From Waddliaceae bacterium (GTDB lineage Bacteria > Chlamydiota > Chlamydiia > Chlamydiales > SLFE01), in assembly GCA_963783885.1 (NCBI GenBank), contig CAWAPJ010000039.1, positions 1-17,937 of the forward strand: a stretch of DNA of 17,937 nucleotides, given 5' to 3'. Positions 8,588 through 17,009 of this stretch are shown in pieces; within the stretch, counting starts at the first letter, position 1, and every line of letters begins with the position of its first letter. The translations under genes were made by a program, and so were the position numbers. Under the pieces are notes generated by a model. It saw only the letters and a list, made by a program, of their open reading frames with translations. It did no database searches and was not told the origin of the DNA.

Positions 8588-8737
8588 CTAAAACTCAAAT
8601 ACGTCTTCTGCAGACTGTTCATTTGTGATAAGATCATCAAATTCGAATGTTGAAATAAATCCAGTATCTTCTGAACCGTCTTTTCCACCTTCTTTTTCGT
8701 CTGACCCACCTTCTTTTCCATCGCTAGAATATCCCAT
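8588..8737 (-). CDS. Candidate RiPP precursor peptide (49 aa), absent from the ORF track
   Basis: My translation: MGYSSDGKEGGSDEKEGGKDGSEDTGFISTFEFDDLITNEQSAEDVFEF*. Strong SD TAAGGAG 6 nt upstream; first gene of the ATP-grasp/ABC operon. Confidence 0.75.
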   Translation of the reverse strand: MGYSSDGKEGGSDEKEGGKDGSEDTGFISTFEFDDLITNEQSAEDVFEF

Positions 8738-8743
8738 TTTTTT

Positions 8744-8750
8744 CTCCTTA
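8744..8750 (-). promoter_or_regulatory. Shine-Dalgarno site of the precursor ORF
   Basis: Minus strand reads TAAGGAG-AAAAAA-ATG. Confidence 0.75.
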
Positions 8751-9021
8751 GGGTTTTTTTAGTTATGAAAAATTAGCAGACGAATCTTTTTTTTGTCCAT
8801 ACCTTATGCAGTCTGATGTGATTTTTTTTGGTTATCAAATTCTTGGAGGGTACGCTGTTTTCATTTCAAACACAACTTTTGACAATATCTCGGAGGGCTG
8901 TCAGGAGTATCTGCTCAGTATTGTTGTTCTTAGTTTGGAATAGGTTGAGTTAACAATCAGCTCAACCATTTTCGCTCTCACTTTAGACAAGAATTTTCTA
9001 AGGGAGTGATTCATGTAGATA

Positions 9022-11226
9022 TCAGTACACAGAAAACAACTGTCCCACAGATATTCCTCCATCGTTTGGAGGAATATCTTCATGCCAAAAGACTTCATAG
9101 CCGTCTTGAGTCAATTTTTTGATTGCTTTTTCTGTAAGAATTTTATTTTGGAACACCCCACCGGTAAGGATAACTTGTTTTTGTCCTGAAACTTCGCAAA
9201 CTGCGAGGATCATTTCCACTAAAGTGTTATGGAATTTGGCCGCAGTTTTGTTTTGGGGTTCTGTGATGATCTGTCTGATCATCGGCTCCCAATCGATGAT
9301 GCCATTGTTTCTACCGAATTGAAATGGGTAAGCTTCGTCGGTTTCCGGCTCTTCGCTTAAAAACTCCAGCTCCATGGCTGCCTGTCCTTCATAGGTGATT
9401 GTCTGGCGAAGTCCGATAAGGGAGGCAATTGCGTCGAACAGTCGTCCTGCGCTGGAACATCGAGGCGTTTGAAACCCTCTTAAGAGAAGGGTTTTTAAAT
9501 TGTTCCGTTCGGAATTTGAGAGAGTTTGAATGGGAAAGAGATTGGTTTTTTCAAAAAGCTCTTCTCCAAAAATTTCATACAGCAGCCCGATAGCGGAAAG
9601 GCGGGGTTCATTGACGGCTCTTTCTCCGCAGGGGAGAAGAAACGGGCGAAGATGGGCAATTCTTGTTGATACGAGATCTTTGCCAATTAGAAAAAACTCG
9701 CCGCCCCAAACTGTTTGATCGAGACCATATCCGGTGCCGTCGAAGGAGACTCCGAGTAGAGGAGGCGTCAGTTTGTGTTCGGCCATGCAGGAGTAAACAT
9801 GGGCGGCGTGATGCTGGCAGTGGATAAGAGGCTTTCCCATTTTGGAGGCAAACATTGTGGAGAAGTAGGCTGGATGGCAGTCGGCGATCACAACTTCCGG
9901 TTCAATATTGTAAAAACTGAGTAGAGAGTTGATTTCTTTGGAAAAACTGTTCATAGCCTTTTGGGTTTCAAGATTTCCGATATGCTGGCTGATGGTGATC
10001 GTTTTTCCTCTTGCCGCCGCGACGGTATTTTTCATATGCCCGCCCACTGCAACGGAGGGGGGAAGCTCGCGGTCAATTGTCAGTGGAATCGACGAGTAGC
10101 CCCTGGCACGCCTGAGAATCATTTTGCGTCCAGCAACTTCCCGGACGATAGAATCATCCACAGCGTGGGCGATGGGGCGGTCGTGAACGAGAAAAAAGTC
10201 GGCGATCCCTTTAAGGTCCGAGAGGGCTTCTACGTTATCAATGCAGATCGGCTCATTCGACTTGTTGCCGCTGGTAGCGATGACAGGGAAGTTCAATTCG
10301 CTTAGCAATAAATGATGAAGTGGGGAGTAGGGGAGCATAATCCCTAATAGATTTGATGATTTTCCTTTAAGCAAAACGATTGGAGCCTGCGGCGATGTAA
10401 GAAGATTTTCTTCAGTTTCCGAGACATGGCAATAGGTTTTGACCTGCTGCATGGAGGGAAACATGAGGGCAAAAGGTTTCTCGGGCCTTTGCTTCCTTTG
10501 CCTTAAGGTTTCAATGCTTTGGTTGTTTGCGATGAGTTGAAACCCGCCGATTCCTTTTAAGGCCAGAATGGACCCTCGTCGAATTTGCTCTAAGGCCATT
10601 TGGAGTGCTTCTTCTTTTGAGGCAAGATGAGTGCCTTCGGAATCGAGCAGGGCAAGCTGAGGGCCGCACTCTGGGCAGGCGTTAGGCTGGGCATGAAACC
10701 TTCTGTCGGCGGGGTCGTCGTATTCCGCACGGCATGCTTGGCACATGGTAAATTTTTTCATGGTCGTGCAGCTTCTGTCATAGGGGAGCTTTTCGATGAT
10801 GCTGAACCTGGGCCCGCAGTCGGTGCAGTTGGTGAAGGGGTAGTGGAAGCGGCGGTTTTTTGGATCGGTGATATCTTTGAGGCACTCTTTGCACGTGGCA
10901 AGGTCGGGAAGAACAATCGTATCGGGCGTGGAGGCTTTATCGCTTTTTTTGATAGCGAATCCATTTTCATTGATCGGTTCTAGAAACGAAATTTCGATAT
11001 CGTCAATCGAGGCGTTTTTGGGTTTCGTCGTTTGGAGAAGGTGAGCAAAGTCATCGAGACTCCTCGCCTTTCCCTCTGCCTCGATGACAACTCCCTCATT
11101 GGAATTGACTATCCATCCGGCTATGCCCAATTTTTTAGCGAGGTTATAGATGAAGGGACGGAAGCCGACACCTTGAACAATGCCTTTTACAACTAACCGC
11201 TTTCTTTGAACATTGCTTTTTGCCAT
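9022..11226 (-). CDS. hypF: [NiFe]-hydrogenase maturation carbamoyltransferase HypF
   Basis: Acylphosphatase GIVQGVGFRPF; zinc fingers CKEC...CTDCGPR and CQAC...CPECGP; KGIGGFQL; QHHAAH; DGTGYG; PPNDGGISVGQ. Confidence 0.97.
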   Translation of the reverse strand: MAKSNVQRKRLVVKGIVQGVGFRPFIYNLAKKLGIAGWIVNSNEGVVIEAEGKARSLDDFAHLLQTTKPKNASIDDIEISFLEPINENGFAIKKSDKASTPDTIVLPDLATCKECLKDITDPKNRRFHYPFTNCTDCGPRFSIIEKLPYDRSCTTMKKFTMCQACRAEYDDPADRRFHAQPNACPECGPQLALLDSEGTHLASKEEALQMALEQIRRGSILALKGIGGFQLIANNQSIETLRQRKQRPEKPFALMFPSMQQVKTYCHVSETEENLLTSPQAPIVLLKGKSSNLLGIMLPYSPLHHLLLSELNFPVIATSGNKSNEPICIDNVEALSDLKGIADFFLVHDRPIAHAVDDSIVREVAGRKMILRRARGYSSIPLTIDRELPPSVAVGGHMKNTVAAARGKTITISQHIGNLETQKAMNSFSKEINSLLSFYNIEPEVVIADCHPAYFSTMFASKMGKPLIHCQHHAAHVYSCMAEHKLTPPLLGVSFDGTGYGLDQTVWGGEFFLIGKDLVSTRIAHLRPFLLPCGERAVNEPRLSAIGLLYEIFGEELFEKTNLFPIQTLSNSERNNLKTLLLRGFQTPRCSSAGRLFDAIASLIGLRQTITYEGQAAMELEFLSEEPETDEAYPFQFGRNNGIIDWEPMIRQIITEPQNKTAAKFHNTLVEMILAVCEVSGQKQVILTGGVFQNKILTEKAIKKLTQDGYEVFWHEDIPPNDGGISVGQLFSVY

Positions 11227-11419
11227 TCGTCATCAAATTCATTTTTTAAAATATATGATATAATAGGTTAGATCTATAAGGATTTCCAGTAAAATTGAAT
11301 ATGCTGGGACTGGATCACCAATTTAAGCTTAAAGCGTTTTAGTCCCTTCTCTACCATTCTTTTCCGGTTGCCTCGCAGCTACTTAAACCTTGTGCGCAAG
11401 CTCGTCGGCATCGCCATCA

Positions 11420-11449
11420 TTGATTTCGGAGCCTCCTTTATGATATACT
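11420..11449 (+). promoter_or_regulatory. Putative sigma70-type promoter of the F-box gene
   Basis: TTGATT (11420-11425), 18 nt, then TATACT (11444-11449) with an extended TG at 11441-11442; ends 7 nt before ATG 11457. Confidence 0.4.
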
Positions 11450-11456
11450 TTCTCCG

Positions 11457-12815
11457 ATGAATGCCATTAAAAGATTTTTTCTCACTCAAAAACCCCCTGA
11501 ATTGGGAAGTTTTAACACTATCCCCAATGAGTTGATTTTGCATATCGCAAGCTACCTACCCGCATGGCAGGATAGACTATCTTTTTCCCATGTCTGCAAA
11601 ACATTCCGGCATTGCCTCCCTATTGACCAAAGATATATTCGATTCTGCCAAATGCTCTCAAAAGACGCTCGAGTTAAAGAAATCGTGCTTCCTCCAAAAC
11701 GCAGATTTTTTCACTCGCAAGAAACACATGAAATATTCGTCCCTGAATTCGGAATCGATAAAAAAGATATACATTACTTTACCATTTTTGATGATGACCT
11801 TAAAAGCAGACAGACTGTTTTCAAATCTTACACCTTTAAACAATACATTGAACAGCTAGTCCAACAAGGAATTTTAAATACGTATATAAACCAACTGACA
11901 ACAACACATGAGGGAAAAACCTTATTGAGAAGCCACGTCGTTTTTTCAACTAAAGATAGTATTTTTTATTTAGATAGAGAGTTGTCCGAGGCCCATATCC
12001 TCGCCCGAGGATGCTTTCTTTACAATTCACGAATTCGATACCGATACGATAGATTAAACCAGAAACTCTACATCTTCAATAAACCGACGGATGCCACAGT
12101 TCTGACAATCTATAAAGAAGTGCGTCACGGCTTCAAACTTCTACAGAAGATCTCGTTCACTGAAGATCTAAACATAGGCTGGTTCAAAGTCGATCAAAAA
12201 CTCAATAAAATCTTTATTCACTGCAACATAACTCAAAATTCCTTAAAACTCCTGGAATTGAAACAAGATGTATATAAATTTAGGGATCTGATTAAATATC
12301 ACATATTCGATACTCTTAAATGTTTTTATGATGATAAGAACCATTGGCTGATTGCCATAGAAAAAAACTATCTCAGAGTTATCAATGGATCGAGTGAAGA
12401 CATCTTATATTCCACAACGATGACGCATCTCGCAAAAGGAGAGCATTTAGTTAATTTTTATGACCAGACTACCTGTAAACTCTTCACAGCCGTGAAAAAA
12501 AGAGATGAGCATAGTAAACCGTGGAAAGAAGTTAACTTAGAGATTTGGGACATAGCCAGCGGTAAACGGATTAGGAGCTTCTCGCTTTGGAAAGGTGACC
12601 ACGCTCCCCAACGAATCGATTATGACCCTGAAATAAATATCGTTATGATTCAATCGAAGAAAAAAATAACATTCTGGGATCCTGAAACCGGCAAGCGGGT
12701 AACTGACAAAGAATTCCCCTACGATCAGGTTGTTTGGGATAAAGAGCAGATGAAACTCATTTATCTGGAATGCGGGAAAACCCATGTTCTAGGCTTTAGG
12801 CAAGACGCTCACTAG
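11457..12815 (+). CDS. F-box domain protein with probable beta-propeller (WD40-like) C-terminus; candidate secreted effector
   Basis: F-box FNTIPNELILHIASYLP...RLSFSHVCKTFR; C-terminal blade-like motifs LEIWDIASGKRI, ITFWDPETGKRV and recurring YD/WD. Confidence 0.8.
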   Translation: MNAIKRFFLTQKPPELGSFNTIPNELILHIASYLPAWQDRLSFSHVCKTFRHCLPIDQRYIRFCQMLSKDARVKEIVLPPKRRFFHSQETHEIFVPEFGIDKKDIHYFTIFDDDLKSRQTVFKSYTFKQYIEQLVQQGILNTYINQLTTTHEGKTLLRSHVVFSTKDSIFYLDRELSEAHILARGCFLYNSRIRYRYDRLNQKLYIFNKPTDATVLTIYKEVRHGFKLLQKISFTEDLNIGWFKVDQKLNKIFIHCNITQNSLKLLELKQDVYKFRDLIKYHIFDTLKCFYDDKNHWLIAIEKNYLRVINGSSEDILYSTTMTHLAKGEHLVNFYDQTTCKLFTAVKKRDEHSKPWKEVNLEIWDIASGKRIRSFSLWKGDHAPQRIDYDPEINIVMIQSKKKITFWDPETGKRVTDKEFPYDQVVWDKEQMKLIYLECGKTHVLGFRQDAH

Positions 12816-13132
12816 TACTCTATCAACTTTGTATTGATAAGTGAGACGCGATCTTTTCGGGAGCTGCCATTGCGCTTGATATCCACGCTTCGGCAGTCAT
12901 TTGTTTTATCAATGGAGAAAGCGATAAAGATCTGGAAAGGTTAAAAACAACAATGTGTGTTGTTAGTTCGGTAGCTGCAGTCTCCCTAATCATTTTCAGC
13001 ATGAGCAATCCCTCCATTTACAGTTTTTTTCTGTAGCGTGTAAAGATGTACCATCATTGGATGGATGAACTGCAAAAAGATTACATACGTTTAATATATG
13101 AGTTGAGCGGCACACATTTTGCTGTGGATTTT

Positions 13133-13194
13133 AGATAGTGTCGTCAAATTAAATTCCTCCAAAGAGCAAGACACCTAATTTGACGACACTATCT
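13133..13194. repeat. Perfect 19-bp inverted repeat (mini IS-end remnant or hairpin)
   Basis: AGATAGTGTCGTCAAATTA (13133-13151), 24-nt spacer, TAATTTGACGACACTATCT (13176-13194). Confidence 0.8.
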
Positions 13195-13270
13195 GATGAA
13201 TTTTCCAAAATTTCAACCAGCGAGATAAAAGCGCTAAAAGAAGGCAATGCTTAGACCCTGCCCCACCACC

Positions 13271-13534
13271 TCAAGCTTCAATTTCGACGCTCTCGAGCAT
13301 CACGCTTTGGGCATGGGGGGCGTTTTCGTCTTTGTCCTCGATAATTTCAAGCTGGGCGCCTTCGGCGGCGGTTCCGAGGGAAAATGTGTCGAAGTGGTCG
13401 CGAAAGTGAGGGGCCGAAAGATGGGAGTGGGCCCCCAGCTTGATCTTCATTTTTACAATTCTTTTGCCGTCGTTTTCTTCGGAAAGCGAAGCGATTTTCG
13501 CGAGCAGGTCTTTAAATAAACTCATTTCATGCAT
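13271..13534 (-). CDS. hypA: Short HypA/HybF-family nickel metallochaperone (87 aa)
   Basis: MHEMSL N-terminal Ni motif (true start ATG 13534), KLG..S, GTAAEGAQLEI, and a LESVEIE C-terminus; overlaps the protease stop. Confidence 0.85.
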   Translation of the reverse strand: MHEMSLFKDLLAKIASLSEENDGKRIVKMKIKLGAHSHLSAPHFRDHFDTFSLGTAAEGAQLEIIEDKDENAPHAQSVMLESVEIEA

Positions 13535-13986
13535 TGCAGGATGTCCTCTTCTATTGTTTTGCAAATGTTTGGCAGTTTTTCTTTTAGGTTGTCAGAGATG
13601 TCCTCTTCAAGAGAAAAATGATCGGACTCGATACCATAGAGGATAAATTGTTCGGGAAAGTTTCCCAGGGCTTGCCCGAGCTCGATCACTTCAGAGACGT
13701 CCATAAGGTGGGTGGATGAGCGGGAAAAAACGGCAGGTATTTTTTTCTGAAGAGGCTCGAAGCGGTGAAGGAAGCCGGTTTCTTTTTCACCCGAAAATAT
13801 GGCGTCGATCAGAAATACGGACTTTCGATCTTTCCATATGTCAAGCAGATTGATTGTATTGCCGCGGCAGTAGACGAAATCTGCTGAGGAATTTAAGTTT
13901 TTTTCGAGAGCGCTTGCGATTTCAAGGCCGACGGCGTCGTCGCCTCTTAATGGGTTTCCGAGACCTATGATTAGGGGCTTTCTCAT
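13522..13986 (-). CDS. Hydrogenase maturation endopeptidase (HycI/HybD/HoxW family)
   Basis: [23 protein letters not shown] and LYGIE motifs. True start is ATG 13986, an ATGA overlap with the large-subunit stop. Confidence 0.93.
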   Translation of the reverse strand: MRKPLIIGLGNPLRGDDAVGLEIASALEKNLNSSADFVYCRGNTINLLDIWKDRKSVFLIDAIFSGEKETGFLHRFEPLQKKIPAVFSRSSTHLMDVSEVIELGQALGNFPEQFILYGIESDHFSLEEDISDNLKEKLPNICKTIEEDILQCMK

Positions 13987-15284
13987 GATCGTTTCACTTT
14001 GAGTTTTAAAAAGTGGGCCGAGCAGGAGATGCAGGGATCGTGGTTTCGGATGAGCTGCTCGCATTTTGTGGTCAGCGCCTTTTCGCTTTGGTCGATATGG
14101 TCGACTAAATAGTTGTGCAAATCCTCTTCAATGGTTTTTTGATTTTGGGATGTTGGGGGGACAATCGAGGCAAACCGGATTGTGCCGTCTTTTTCGATTT
14201 CATAGTGATGGTAAAGGAGTCCGCGGGGCGCTTCTGTGGCGCCGTAGCCGACGCTTTCTTTCGGTTCTATGGGATAGGCGGATTCTTCAGGTTTTTCATA
14301 TTGGTCGATAATCCGGAGCGCCTCGTCGAAGGCAAAAAGCACTTCGAGGCTTCTGACGATGATGCTTTGAAAGGGGTTTTTGCAAATTTTAGGAAAGCCG
14401 ATCTCTTTTGCCGTTTCTTTGACGATGGGGGGTAAATTTTGATAGTTGAGGGCGTAGCGGGCCATAGGTCCGGTAAAGTAGGAGCCGCGCTCTTTGATCC
14501 GCGATTGCAGGGCGTTGGAATAGTCGACCTGATATTCCTCAAAATGGTTTTCAAAGTCTTCGGGAGAAATGTTAATTCCTTTTGTGGATTGAATCTCCCC
14601 GACATCCATGGGGTAATACTCAGGGTGGGCGAGCGAAACGAATTCATAGTCCTTTTCAAAATCGGGAAAATCAAATCCAGAGACCCATTTGACCGTTTCA
14701 ACGGCGGCGTCGCGGGCCCATTTGAGCTCGTCAGTCAGGCTTAGCAGATCTTTTTTTTCGGGTACTTTGTAAAACCCGCCAACTTTGACGTTGATCGGAT
14801 GGATTTCCCTTCCGCCCATGAGAGCCACTATGCTATTGCCCGCTTTTTTGAGGCGAAGGCCTCTTTTCACTTCTTCGGGATATTTTTGCGCCATTTTGAT
14901 GGCATCGGGAAAGCCGAGAAAGTCGGGGGCGTGGAGCAGGTGGATATGCAAACCGTGGCTCTCTATCCACTCGCCGCAATAGACCAGCCTCCTGAGCTTG
15001 GCAAGCTGTCCTTCGACAGTGATGCCAAGGGCGTTTTCCATGGCGTGGACGGAGCTCATCTGATAGGCGATGGGACAAATGCCGCAGATGCGGGCAGTGA
15101 TGTCGGGCGCTTCGCGGAAATCGCGCCCTCGAAGGAGGGCTTCGAAAAATCTCGGAGGCTCAAAGATTTTTAGTTTCACATCTTTAACTTTGTCCTCTTC
15201 GATTTCGACATAAAGGGCTCCTTCTCCTTCAACGCGGGCGAGATAGTTGACATTGATCGTTTTAGTGCGGGATTTATTTTTCAT
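13983..15284 (-). CDS. Group 3b-type (sulfhydrogenase) [NiFe]-hydrogenase large/alpha subunit, 433 aa
   Basis: ARVEGEG, EPPRFFE, L1 RICGIC, GGREIHP, EAPRG, L2 DPCISCSAH and a short cleavable tail. Start is ATG 15284. Confidence 0.95.
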   Translation of the reverse strand: MKNKSRTKTINVNYLARVEGEGALYVEIEEDKVKDVKLKIFEPPRFFEALLRGRDFREAPDITARICGICPIAYQMSSVHAMENALGITVEGQLAKLRRLVYCGEWIESHGLHIHLLHAPDFLGFPDAIKMAQKYPEEVKRGLRLKKAGNSIVALMGGREIHPINVKVGGFYKVPEKKDLLSLTDELKWARDAAVETVKWVSGFDFPDFEKDYEFVSLAHPEYYPMDVGEIQSTKGINISPEDFENHFEEYQVDYSNALQSRIKERGSYFTGPMARYALNYQNLPPIVKETAKEIGFPKICKNPFQSIIVRSLEVLFAFDEALRIIDQYEKPEESAYPIEPKESVGYGATEAPRGLLYHHYEIEKDGTIRFASIVPPTSQNQKTIEEDLHNYLVDHIDQSEKALTTKCEQLIRNHDPCISCSAHFLKLKVKRS

Positions 15285-16047
15285 GCTTGACACTTTCCGA
15301 TTTGAAGGGTTCCATCCAGGCGTAGAATTTTCGGTATTTGCGGACGAGCTCCCGTTCGGAAACACCCATTTTAATCGAGAACCAGCTGCTTAAAGAGTCG
15401 GTATGTGCGTGTTCTTTCGGGCCGTAGCAGCCGTAGCATCCGCGATTGTAGGTGGGGCAGAGGGCGTCGCACCCTGCGTGGGTGACCGGTCCCAGGCATG
15501 GGGTGCCGTGGGCCACCATGACGCAGACATTGCCTTTCTGCTTGCATTCCATGCAAACGCTTTTGTTGGGAACGTTGGGGCGTTTGCCGAGCAAAAAAGA
15601 GGAGATCACTTCAATAAGCTGGGTTTTATTGATCGGACATCCCTGCAGCTGGAAATCTACTCTGACGTGGTGGGAAATCGGCGTCGATTTGTCGAGAGTG
15701 TCGATGTATTCTGGGCTGGCGTAGACGATTGAGAGGTATTCTTTGACATCCTTGAAATTTTTCAGAGCCTGTATTCCGCCGGCAGTTGCGCAGGCGCCGA
15801 TAGTGACCAGGTATTTGGAGGCGGCTCTGATTTTTTGAATGCGCTCTTTGTCATGCTCGGTGGTGATCGACCCTTCGACAAGAGAGAGGTCATAGGGTCC
15901 CTCGATTTCGGTTTCTGTGGCCTCGCGGAAATAGGCCACTTCGAGCTTCTCGGCAATCGGAAGGAGCTCGTCTTCGCAGTCGAGGACGGTCAGCTGGCAT
16001 CCGTCGCAAGAAGCAAATTTCCACACGGCAAGCTTTGGTTTCATCAT
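15274..16047 (-). CDS. Group 3b-type [NiFe]-hydrogenase small/delta subunit
   Basis: [31 protein letters not shown]...C...[20 protein letters not shown]. Confidence 0.94.
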   Translation of the reverse strand: MMKPKLAVWKFASCDGCQLTVLDCEDELLPIAEKLEVAYFREATETEIEGPYDLSLVEGSITTEHDKERIQKIRAASKYLVTIGACATAGGIQALKNFKDVKEYLSIVYASPEYIDTLDKSTPISHHVRVDFQLQGCPINKTQLIEVISSFLLGKRPNVPNKSVCMECKQKGNVCVMVAHGTPCLGPVTHAGCDALCPTYNRGCYGCYGPKEHAHTDSLSSWFSIKMGVSERELVRKYRKFYAWMEPFKSESVKHEK

Positions 16048-16098
16048 ACCTCAGTTTGTAACCTATTTTTATCTTTAGCGCCATAGATTCCGGTTAGA

Positions 16099-16157
16099 TT
16101 TTGGTGATTTCTTTGAAGCTAAAGGTTGAAGCCTTTAGCAATATGAAATCACCAAAA
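16099..16157. repeat. Intergenic hairpin between gamma and delta subunit genes
   Basis: TTTTGGTGATTTC (16099-16111) pairs with GAAATCACCAAAA (16145-16157); inner GCTAAAGG (16118-16125) pairs with CCTTTAGC (16132-16139). Confidence 0.7.
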
Positions 16158-16178
16158 GCTGTGGATGATATACTGATG

Positions 16179-17009
16179 TCAGATTTCCTTTTTAGCAAAG
16201 AATGGTTTTACTTTCTCATAGGGTAAAATCGAACCATCCTTGCAGATAAAGTTTGAGAGATACTGGCATCTGCCGCAATGGCCGATGGCGCATTTCATGT
16301 TCCTCTCCATGGCAAGATAAATATCGCTGGCGTCTATCTCTTTTTGGAGGAGCTCGCCTGCGGAAAAGCGGAGCATGATCTCCGGTCCGCATAATAGGGC
16401 CGTCGAGTTTTTTAGGGAAAAGGGAATATGGGAAATGAGCTTTGTCACAACGCCCACATTGCCTTTCCAATTTTCGTTTGCGACGTCGACAGTGATGTAG
16501 ACGCGTCCGCCAAGCTGCTCTTTCCATTGTTTGAGCTCCTCCATAAAAACGATATCAGCAGGCTCTCTCGCTCCATATAAGAGGGCGATCTCACCGTAGT
16601 CTTTTCGATAATTGAGGAGGTGGTGGATCATCGGGCGGAGAGGGGCAATGCCAATACCTCCTGCGATCAGGACAACGTTTTTATTTTTGCAACTTTCGAT
16701 CGGCCAGCTCGACCCAAAAGGGCCCCTGATGCCAACTTGCTGTCCCACATCGAGGCGGGAGAGTGCCCGCGTGACATTGCCAACAATTTTGATTGTGTGC
16801 CGATAGCATTTATCATTTTTGACATCGCTTGAAATCGAGATCGGGATATCTCCGATGCCGAAAGCGTAAAGCATATTGAATTGTCCGGGTGAAAACAGCA
16901 GTTTTTTCCCCGGAGGAGGACGAAGCTCTAAAGTAAACGTATCTTTGGTTTCGTATTTTTTTTCGGTGATCCGAAAAAATTCCGGTTGTAAGTTATCGAG
17001 AGTTTGCAT
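16179..17009 (-). CDS. Group 3b-type hydrogenase gamma subunit (FAD/NAD(P)-binding, 2Fe-2S)
   Basis: PGQFNML, PISISS, RGPFG, AGGIGIAP, CGPEIM, ERNMKCAIGHCGRCQ...ICKDG. Confidence 0.92.
   Translation of the reverse strand: MQTLDNLQPEFFRITEKKYETKDTFTLELRPPPGKKLLFSPGQFNMLYAFGIGDIPISISSDVKNDKCYRHTIKIVGNVTRALSRLDVGQQVGIRGPFGSSWPIESCKNKNVVLIAGGIGIAPLRPMIHHLLNYRKDYGEIALLYGAREPADIVFMEELKQWKEQLGGRVYITVDVANENWKGNVGVVTKLISHIPFSLKNSTALLCGPEIMLRFSAGELLQKEIDASDIYLAMERNMKCAIGHCGRCQYLSNFICKDGSILPYEKVKPFFAKKEI

Noticed and set aside
8943..8967. Hairpin GGTTGAGTT-N7-AGCTCAACC downstream of hypF as a terminator
   Set aside because: The stem is real, but there is no convincing U-tract on the minus strand.
8901..9098. 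65-aa minus-strand ORF as a second precursor or hypC
   Set aside because: It overlaps the hypF end, has no MCLxxP HypC motif and no acidic/Ser/Lys repeat core.
9119..10983. Short ORFs inside hypF
   Set aside because: Fully nested in a well-supported gene, with no independent evidence.
12823..13017. 64-aa minus-strand ORF with a faint F-box-like ELTTHIV segment
   Set aside because: It lacks the LP and VCxxW positions; it could be a remnant but cannot be supported.
14066..16832. Numerous short ORFs within the hydrogenase genes
   Set aside because: Antisense or off-frame shadows of conserved genes.
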